Shown here piece by piece: positions 56,435 through 64,000 of a DNA stretch of 64,000 nucleotides; the first letter of the stretch is position 1, and each line of letters starts with the position of its first letter. The position numbers and the translations under genes were made by a program. The notes below the pieces were generated by a model, which made no database searches, was not told the origin of the DNA, and saw nothing but the letters and a program-made list of their open reading frames with translations. This stretch comes from Escherichia coli (GTDB taxonomy: Bacteria; Pseudomonadota; Gammaproteobacteria; Enterobacterales; Enterobacteriaceae), in the NCBI RefSeq assembly GCF_050920415.1, contig NZ_CP169309.1. The stretch is one strand, 5' to 3'.

Positions 56435-59017
56435 ATGCAAGAGCAATACCGCCCGGAAGAGATAGAATCCAAAGTACAGCTTCATTGGGATGAGAAGCGC
56501 ACATTTGAAGTAACAGAAGACGAGAGCAAAGAGAAGTATTACTGCCTGTCTATGCTTCCCTATCCTTCTGGTCGACTACACATGGGCCACGTACGTAACT
56601 ACACCATCGGTGACGTGATCGCCCGTTACCAGCGCATGCTGGGCAAAAACGTTCTGCAGCCAATCGGCTGGGACGCGTTTGGTCTGCCTGCGGAAGGCGC
56701 AGCGGTGAAAAATAACACCGCGCCAGCACCGTGGACGTACGACAACATCGCGTACATGAAAAACCAGCTCAAAATGCTGGGCTTTGGTTATGACTGGAGC
56801 CGCGAGCTGGCAACCTGTACGCCGGAATATTACCGTTGGGAACAGAAATTCTTCACCGAGCTGTATAAAAAAGGCCTGGTATATAAGAAGACTTCTGCGG
56901 TCAACTGGTGCCCGAACGACCAGACCGTACTGGCGAACGAACAGGTTATCGACGGCTGCTGCTGGCGCTGCGATACCAAAGTTGAGCGTAAAGAGATCCC
57001 GCAGTGGTTTATCAAAATCACCGCTTACGCTGACGAGCTGCTCAACGATCTGGATAAACTGGATCACTGGCCAGACACCGTTAAAACCATGCAGCGTAAC
57101 TGGATCGGTCGTTCCGAAGGAGTGGAAATCACCTTCAACGTTAACGACTATGACAACACGCTGACCGTTTACACTACCCGCCCGGACACCTTTATGGGTT
57201 GTACCTACCTGGCGGTAGCGGCAGGTCATCCGCTGGCACAGAAAGCGGCGGAAAATAATCCTGAACTGGCCGCCTTTATTGACGAATGCCGTAACACCAA
57301 AGTTGCCGAAGCTGAAATGGCGACGATGGAGAAAAAAGGCGTCGATACTGGCTTTAAAGCGGTTCACCCATTAACGGGCGAAGAAATTCCCGTTTGGGCA
57401 GCAAACTTCGTATTGATGGAATACGGCACGGGCGCAGTTATGGCGGTTCCGGGTCACGACCAGCGCGACTACGAGTTTGCCTCTAAATACGGCCTGAATA
57501 TCAAACCGGTTATCCTGGCAGCTGACGGTTCTGAGCCAGATCTTTCTCAGCAAGCCCTGACTGAAAAAGGCGTGCTGTTCAACTCTGGCGAGTTCAACGG
57601 TCTTGACCATGAAGCGGCCTTCAACGCCATCGCCGATAAACTGACTGCGATGGGCGTTGGCGAGCGTAAAGTGAACTACCGCCTGCGCGACTGGGGTGTT
57701 TCCCGTCAACGTTACTGGGGCGCGCCGATTCCGATGGTGACGCTGGAAGACGGTACTGTAATGCCGACCCCGGACGACCAACTGCCGGTGATCCTGCCGG
57801 AAGATGTGGTGATGGACGGCATTACCAGCCCAATCAAAGCTGATCCTGAGTGGGCGAAAACCACCGTTAACGGTATGCCTGCGCTGCGTGAAACCGATAC
57901 TTTCGACACCTTTATGGAGTCCTCCTGGTACTATGCGCGCTACACTTGCCCTGAGTACAAAGAAGGTATGCTGGATTCCGAAGCGGCCAACTACTGGCTG
58001 CCGGTGGATATCTACATTGGTGGTATCGAACACGCCATTATGCACCTGCTCTACTTCCGCTTCTTCCATAAACTGATGCGTGATGCAGGCATGGTGAACT
58101 CTGACGAACCAGCAAAACAGTTGCTGTGTCAGGGTATGGTGCTGGCGGATGCCTTCTACTATGTTGGCGAAAACGGCGAGCGTAACTGGGTTTCCCCAGT
58201 TGATGCTATCGTTGAACGTGACGAGAAAGGCCGTATCGTGAAAGCGAAAGACTCGGCAGGCCATGAACTGGTTTATACCGGCATGAGCAAAATGTCCAAG
58301 TCGAAGAACAACGGTATCGACCCTCAGGTGATGGTTGAACGTTACGGCGCGGACACCGTTCGTCTGTTTATGATGTTTGCTTCTCCGGCGGATATGACTC
58401 TCGAATGGCAGGAGTCTGGCGTGGAAGGGGCTAACCGCTTCCTGAAACGTGTCTGGAAACTGGTTTACGAGCACACTGCAAAAGGTGATGTTGCAGCACT
58501 GAATGTCGACGCGTTGACTGAAGATCAGAAAGCACTGCGTCGCGATGTTCATAAAACTATCGCTAAAGTGACCGATGATATCGGCCGTCGTCAGACCTTC
58601 AACACCGCGATTGCGGCAATTATGGAGCTGATGAACAAACTGGCGAAAGCACCGACCGATGGCGAGCAGGATCGCGCCCTGATGCAGGAAGCGCTGCTGG
58701 CGGTAGTCCGTATGCTTAACCCGTTCACCCCGCACATCTGCTTCACGCTGTGGCAGGAACTGAAAGGCGAAGGCGATATCGACAACGCGCCGTGGCCGGT
58801 TGCTGACGAAAAAGCGATGGTGGAAGACTCCACCCTGGTGGTGGTGCAGGTTAACGGTAAAGTCCGTGCCAAAATCACTGTTCCGGTGGACGCAACGGAA
58901 GAACAGGTTCGCGAACGTGCTGGCCAGGAACATCTGGTAGCAAAATATCTTGATGGCGTTACCGTGCGTAAAGTGATTTACGTACCGGGTAAACTCCTCA
59001 ATCTGGTCGTTGGCTAA
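56435..59017 (+). CDS. leuS: Leucyl-tRNA synthetase
   Basis: [21 protein letters not shown]...; HMGH and KMSKS motifs; internal ATG chosen over the ORF-track start. Confidence 0.95.
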   Translation: MQEQYRPEEIESKVQLHWDEKRTFEVTEDESKEKYYCLSMLPYPSGRLHMGHVRNYTIGDVIARYQRMLGKNVLQPIGWDAFGLPAEGAAVKNNTAPAPWTYDNIAYMKNQLKMLGFGYDWSRELATCTPEYYRWEQKFFTELYKKGLVYKKTSAVNWCPNDQTVLANEQVIDGCCWRCDTKVERKEIPQWFIKITAYADELLNDLDKLDHWPDTVKTMQRNWIGRSEGVEITFNVNDYDNTLTVYTTRPDTFMGCTYLAVAAGHPLAQKAAENNPELAAFIDECRNTKVAEAEMATMEKKGVDTGFKAVHPLTGEEIPVWAANFVLMEYGTGAVMAVPGHDQRDYEFASKYGLNIKPVILAADGSEPDLSQQALTEKGVLFNSGEFNGLDHEAAFNAIADKLTAMGVGERKVNYRLRDWGVSRQRYWGAPIPMVTLEDGTVMPTPDDQLPVILPEDVVMDGITSPIKADPEWAKTTVNGMPALRETDTFDTFMESSWYYARYTCPEYKEGMLDSEAANYWLPVDIYIGGIEHAIMHLLYFRFFHKLMRDAGMVNSDEPAKQLLCQGMVLADAFYYVGENGERNWVSPVDAIVERDEKGRIVKAKDSAGHELVYTGMSKMSKSKNNGIDPQVMVERYGADTVRLFMMFASPADMTLEWQESGVEGANRFLKRVWKLVYEHTAKGDVAALNVDALTEDQKALRRDVHKTIAKVTDDIGRRQTFNTAIAAIMELMNKLAKAPTDGEQDRALMQEALLAVVRMLNPFTPHICFTLWQELKGEGDIDNAPWPVADEKAMVEDSTLVVVQVNGKVRAKITVPVDATEEQVRERAGQEHLVAKYLDGVTVRKVIYVPGKLLNLVVG

Positions 59018-59031
59018 GCGCGGGAGGAAGC

Positions 59032-59613
59032 GTGCGATATCTGGCAACATTGTTGTTATCTCTGGCGGTGTTAATCACCGCCGGGTGTGGCTGGCATCTG
59101 CGTGATACTACGCAGGTTCCTTCCACTATGAAGGTCATGATCCTGGACTCTGGCGACCCGAACGGGCCGTTAAGTCGTGCGGTGCGTAACCAGTTACGTC
59201 TGAACGGTGTCGAGTTGCTTGATAAAGAAACCACCCGTAAGGACGTTCCATCCCTGCGTTTGGGTAAAGTGAGCATCGCGAAAGATACCGCATCGGTATT
59301 CCGTAACGGTCAAACAGCAGAGTATCAGATGATCATGACGGTCAATGCGACCGTGTTGATCCCCGGCCGTGACATCTACCCGATTAGCGCCAAAGTCTTC
59401 CGTTCGTTCTTCGATAACCCGCAAATGGCGTTAGCGAAAGATAACGAACAAGACATGATCGTAAAAGAGATGTACGACCGTGCTGCCGAACAGCTGATTC
59501 GTAAGCTGCCAAGCATCCGTGCTGCGGATATTCGTTCCGATGAAGAACAGACGTCGACCACAACGGATACTCCGGCAACGCCTGCACGCGTCTCAACCAC
59601 GCTGGGTAACTGA
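59032..59613 (+). CDS. lptE: LPS-assembly lipoprotein LptE
   Basis: GTG start; [19 protein letters not shown] lipobox. Confidence 0.9.
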
Positions 59614-60644
59614 TGATTCGGTTGTACCCAGAACAACTCCGCGCGCAGCTCAATGAAGGGCTGCGCGCGGCGTATCTTTTACTTGGTAACGATCCTCTGT
59701 TACTGCAGGAAAGCCAGGACGCTATTCGTCAGGTCGCTGCGGCACACGGATTCGAAGAACACCACACTTTTTCCATTGATCCCAACACTGACTGGAATGC
59801 GGTCTTTTCGTTATGCCAGGCCATGAGTCTGTTTGCCAGTAGACAAACGCTATTGCTGTTATTACCAGAAAACGGACCGAATGCGGCGATCAATGAACAA
59901 CTTCTCACGCTCACTGGACTTCTGCATGACGACCTGCTGTTGGTCGTCCGCGGTAATAAATTAAGCAAAGCGCAAGAAAATGCTGCCTGGTTTACTGCTC
60001 TTGCGAATCGCAGCGTGCAGGTGACCTGTCAGACGCCGGAGCAGGCTCAGCTTCCCCGCTGGGTTGCTGCGCGTGCAAAACAGCTCAACTTAGAACTGGA
60101 TGACGCGGCAAACCAAGTGCTCTGCTACTGTTATGAAGGTAACCTGCTGGCGCTGGCCCAGGCACTGGAGCGTTTATCGCTACTCTGGCCAGACGGCAAA
60201 CTGACATTACCGCGCGTTGAACAGGCGGTGAATGATGCCGCGCATTTCACCCCTTTTCATTGGGTTGATGCTTTGTTGATGGGCAAAAGTAAGCGCGCGT
60301 TGCATATTCTTCAGCAACTGCGTCTGGAAGGCAGCGAGCCGGTTATTTTGTTGCGCACATTACAACGAGAACTGTTGTTACTGGTTAACCTGAAACGCCA
60401 GTCTGCCCATACGCCACTGCGTGCGTTGTTTGATAAACATCGCGTTTGGCAGAACCGCCGGGGCATGATGAGTGAGGCGTTAAATCGCTTAAGCCAGCCG
60501 CAGTTACGTCAGGCCGTGCAACTCCTGACACGAACGGAACTCACCCTCAAACAAGATTACGGTCAGTCAGTGTGGGCAGAGCTGGAAGGGTTATCTCTTC
60601 TGTTGTGCCATAAACCCCTGGCGGACGTATTTATCGACGGTTGA
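59613..60644 (+). CDS. holA: DNA polymerase III delta subunit
   Basis: 343 aa; start overlaps the lptE stop. Confidence 0.9.
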   Translation: MIRLYPEQLRAQLNEGLRAAYLLLGNDPLLLQESQDAIRQVAAAHGFEEHHTFSIDPNTDWNAVFSLCQAMSLFASRQTLLLLLPENGPNAAINEQLLTLTGLLHDDLLLVVRGNKLSKAQENAAWFTALANRSVQVTCQTPEQAQLPRWVAARAKQLNLELDDAANQVLCYCYEGNLLALAQALERLSLLWPDGKLTLPRVEQAVNDAAHFTPFHWVDALLMGKSKRALHILQQLRLEGSEPVILLRTLQRELLLLVNLKRQSAHTPLRALFDKHRVWQNRRGMMSEALNRLSQPQLRQAVQLLTRTELTLKQDYGQSVWAELEGLSLLLCHKPLADVFIDG

Positions 60645-60645
60645 T

Positions 60646-61287
60646 ATGAAATCTTTACAGGCTCTGTTTGGTGGCACCTTTGATCCGGTGCACTATGGTC
60701 ATCTTAAGCCCGTGGAAACGCTGGCGAACTTGATTGGTCTGACGCGAGTCACCATCATCCCTAATAATGTTCCTCCGCATCGTCCCCAGCCGGAAGCAAC
60801 CAGCGTGCAGCGTAAACACATGCTTGAACTGGCGATTGCCGACAAGCCACTGTTTACTCTTGATGAACGCGAGCTAAAGCGCAATTCTCCCTCTTACACT
60901 GCACAAACACTGAAAGAATGGCGGCAGGAACAAGGGCCAGATGTGCCGCTGGCATTTATTATTGGCCAGGATTCACTGCTCACCTTTCCAACCTGGTACG
61001 AATACGAAACGATACTCGACAATGCACATTTGATCGTCTGTCGGCGTCCCGGTTACCCACTTGAAATGGCGCAACCGCAATACCAGCAATGGCTGGAAGA
61101 TCATTTGACACATAACCCGGAAGATCTTCACCTTCAGCCTGCCGGTAAAATTTATCTGGCTGAAACGCCGTGGTTTAACATCTCGGCGACCATCATCCGC
61201 GAACGTTTGCAAAACGGTGAATCGTGTGAGGATTTATTGCCGGAACCGGTACTGACTTACATTAACCAACAAGGCTTGTATCGCTGA
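60646..61287 (+). CDS. nadD: Nicotinate-mononucleotide adenylyltransferase
   Basis: [11 protein letters not shown] nucleotidyltransferase motif. Confidence 0.9.
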   Translation: MKSLQALFGGTFDPVHYGHLKPVETLANLIGLTRVTIIPNNVPPHRPQPEATSVQRKHMLELAIADKPLFTLDERELKRNSPSYTAQTLKEWRQEQGPDVPLAFIIGQDSLLTFPTWYEYETILDNAHLIVCRRPGYPLEMAQPQYQQWLEDHLTHNPEDLHLQPAGKIYLAETPWFNISATIIRERLQNGESCEDLLPEPVLTYINQQGLYR

Positions 61288-61307
61288 TACCTGTCGTTAC
61301 GGAGGGC

Positions 61308-61922
61308 ATGATGCGACTGTGGTTAATTCGTCATGGCGAAACGCAAGCGAATATCGATGGTCTGTACAGCGGTCATGCTCCCACACCCCTGACTGCGCGC
61401 GGTATTGAGCAAGTGCAAAATCTGCATACGCTGCTACATGGTGTTTCCTTTGACCTGGTTTTATGCAGTGAACTGGAACGGGCACAGCATACCGCGCGAC
61501 GGGTTCTCAGTGATCGCCAGCTCCCCGTGCAAATCATCCCTGAACTCAACGAAATGTTTTTTGGCGACTGGGAGATGCGACATCATCGCGACCTCATGCA
61601 AGAAGATGCCGAAAACTATAGCGCGTGGTGCAATGACTGGCAGCATGCTATCCCCACGAACGGTGAAGGATTTCAGGCATTTTCACAACGTGTGGAACGG
61701 TTTATCGCAAGGCTTAGTGAATTTCAGCACTATCAGAATATTTTAGTCGTCAGCCATCAGGGTGTACTGAGTCTGTTAATCGCTCGTTTAATTGGCATGC
61801 CTGCCGAGGCTATGTGGCATTTTCGCGTTGACCAGGGGTGTTGGAGCGCCATTGATATCAACCAAAAATTCGCGACGTTACGCGTCCTCAATAGCCGTGC
61901 CATCGGGGTCGAGAATACATGA
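61308..61922 (+). CDS. cobC: Alpha-ribazole phosphatase (histidine phosphatase family)
   Basis: LIRHGETQAN (RHG catalytic motif); start 61308 or 61311. Confidence 0.85.
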   Translation: MMRLWLIRHGETQANIDGLYSGHAPTPLTARGIEQVQNLHTLLHGVSFDLVLCSELERAQHTARRVLSDRQLPVQIIPELNEMFFGDWEMRHHRDLMQEDAENYSAWCNDWQHAIPTNGEGFQAFSQRVERFIARLSEFQHYQNILVVSHQGVLSLLIARLIGMPAEAMWHFRVDQGCWSAIDINQKFATLRVLNSRAIGVENT

Positions 61923-62163
61923 CTTTTCTGTTTTTTTACGGGTAAGCCGCAACGACCATTGACAGCCCCGGGCAGGCTGATATTCTCCGCAGCCAGACTT
62001 TTTTCGCCAGACACGACTTTGTAGAAATTGTTTTACAAAAATGGCGATGCAATCTGCGGCGCGGGGTGGGATGATAGCCCACTTTCGAAAGCCGATTCGG
62101 CGACAATTGTCCCGAAATCGCCTCTGGTTCAGGTATACTGACAGACCATTTTTATCTATTTGA

Positions 62164-62499
<336 letters not shown>

Positions 62500-62502
62500 T
62501 GC

Positions 62503-62970
62503 GTGAAGCTGCAACTTGTCGCCGTGGGAACGAAAATGCCGGACTGGGTACAAACCGGTTTTACCGAGTACCTGCGTCGTTTTCCGAAAGATATGCCCTT
62601 CGAGCTGATTGAAATTCCGGCCGGAAAACGCGGCAAGAATGCGGACATCAAGCGCATACTCGACAAAGAGGGTGAGCAGATGTTGGCGGCCGCAGGCAAA
62701 AACCGCATTGTCACCCTCGATATTCCAGGCAAGCCCTGGGATACACCGCAGTTAGCCGCTGAGCTGGAACGCTGGAAACTGGATGGTCGCGACGTCAGTC
62801 TACTGATTGGCGGGCCTGAAGGGTTGTCGCCTGCCTGTAAAGCGGCGGCGGAGCAGAGCTGGTCGCTGTCGGCGCTTACCCTTCCCCATCCGCTGGTTCG
62901 CGTGCTGGTCGCAGAGAGTCTGTACCGGGCGTGGAGCATCACCACCAACCATCCTTATCACCGTGAGTGA
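62503..62970 (+). CDS. rlmH: 23S rRNA m3-pseudouridine1915 methyltransferase
   Basis: 155 aa; SPOUT fold; GTG start. Confidence 0.9.
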
Positions 62971-63000
62971 TAAGGGAGCTTTGAGTAGAAAACGCAGCGG

Positions 63001-64000
63001 ATGAAACTACAGAACTCTTTTCGCGACTATACGGCAGAGTCCGCGCTGTTTGTGCGCCGGGCGCTGGTCGCCTTTTTGGGGATTTTGCTGCTGACCGGCG
63101 TGCTTATCGCCAACCTGTATAATCTGCAAATTGTTCGCTTTACCGATTACCAGACCCGATCTAATGAAAACCGCATTAAGCTGGTGCCTATCGCGCCCAG
63201 CCGCGGCATTATCTACGACCGTAACGGTATCCCTCTGGCACTTAACCGCACTATCTACCAGATAGAGATGATGCCGGAGAAAGTCGATAACGTGCAGCAA
63301 ACGCTGGACGCTTTGCGCAGCGTGGTTGATCTGACCGATGACGATATTGCTGCATTCCGAAAAGAGCGCGCACGTTCACACCGTTTCACCTCCATTCCGG
63401 TGAAAACTAACCTGACTGAAGTACAAGTGGCACGCTTTGCCGTCAATCAGTACCGTTTTCCGGGTGTCGAAGTTAAAGGCTATAAGCGTCGTTACTATCC
63501 TTACGGTTCGGCGTTGACCCACGTTATCGGCTATGTGTCGAAAATCAACGATAAAGACGTCGAACGCCTGAATAATGACGGCAAACTGGCCAACTATGCG
63601 GCAACGCATGATATCGGTAAGCTGGGCATTGAGCGTTACTATGAAGACGTGCTGCACGGTCAGACCGGTTATGAAGAGGTTGAAGTTAACAACCGTGGGC
63701 GTGTTATCCGCCAGTTAAAAGAAGTGCCACCGCAAGCCGGACACGATATTTACCTGACGCTGGATCTCAAACTGCAGCAATATATTGAAACGCTGCTGGC
63801 GGGTAGCCGCGCAGCGGTGGTAGTCACCGATCCGCGTACAGGTGGGGTGCTGGCGCTGGTTTCCACGCCTAGTTATGACCCAAACCTGTTTGTTGACGGT
63901 ATCTCCAGCAAAGATTATTCCGCCTTGCTGAACGACCCAAATACACCGCTGGTGAACCGCGCCACACAGGGGGTTTATCCTCCCGCGTCTACAGTTAAAC
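63001..64000 (+). CDS. mrdA: Penicillin-binding protein 2 (peptidoglycan transpeptidase), 3' truncated by window edge
   Basis: Own translation MKLQNSFRDYTAESALFVRRALVAFLGILLLTGVLIANLYNLQIV... continuing open to the window end; not in the ORF track because no stop lies within the window. Confidence 0.9.
   Translation, partial: MKLQNSFRDYTAESALFVRRALVAFLGILLLTGVLIANLYNLQIVRFTDYQTRSNENRIKLVPIAPSRGIIYDRNGIPLALNRTIYQIEMMPEKVDNVQQTLDALRSVVDLTDDDIAAFRKERARSHRFTSIPVKTNLTEVQVARFAVNQYRFPGVEVKGYKRRYYPYGSALTHVIGYVSKINDKDVERLNNDGKLANYAATHDIGKLGIERYYEDVLHGQTGYEEVEVNNRGRVIRQLKEVPPQAGHDIYLTLDLKLQQYIETLLAGSRAAVVVTDPRTGGVLALVSTPSYDPNLFVDGISSKDYSALLNDPNTPLVNRATQGVYPPASTVK

Noticed and set aside
57371-59050. 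559-aa minus-strand ORF antisense to leuS
   Set aside because: Shadow ORF; leuS on the plus strand carries the HMGH and KMSKS motifs.

Overview
The window reads as an Escherichia coli-type chromosomal segment, syntenic with the K-12 ybfA–kdp–speF–pgm–fur–nag–asnB–tRNA–miaB–glt–hscC–leuS–mrdA region in inverted orientation. All calls were made by eye from the supplied ORF translations and the raw sequence; no searches or computations were run, and hand-placed sites (tRNAs, terminators, operators) may be off by 1-3 nt. Most of the window (about 4.3-64 kb) is ordinary core genome. It contains kdpFABCDE, speFL-speF-potE, pgm, seqA, ybfF, ybfE, fldA-uof-fur, chiPQ, glnS, nagE/nagBAC-umpH, asnB, a seven-tRNA operon, ubiF, miaB-ybeZ-ybeY-corC-lnt, gltIJKL, rihA, the hscC/djlC/ybeU/ybeT/djlB/ybeR/ybeQ cluster, ybeL, leuS-lptE-holA-nadD-cobC and rsfS-rlmH-mrdA (3' truncated). 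The accessory part is the left edge (1-4.3 kb). Where K-12 is remembered to carry rhsC next to ybfA, this sequence has a VgrG (type VI secretion spike) gene whose C-terminal extension ends in a colicin E9-like HNH DNase domain, followed 14 nt downstream by a colicin-DNase-type immunity gene. This looks like an orphan T6SS effector/immunity module; no hcp or T6SS core genes are visible and the island runs off the left edge. Secondary points are a small secreted-protein gene between asnB and the tRNA operon that I do not recall in K-12, and the tandemly duplicated Hsp70/J-protein/DUF1266/Sel1 module, which is native but poorly understood.
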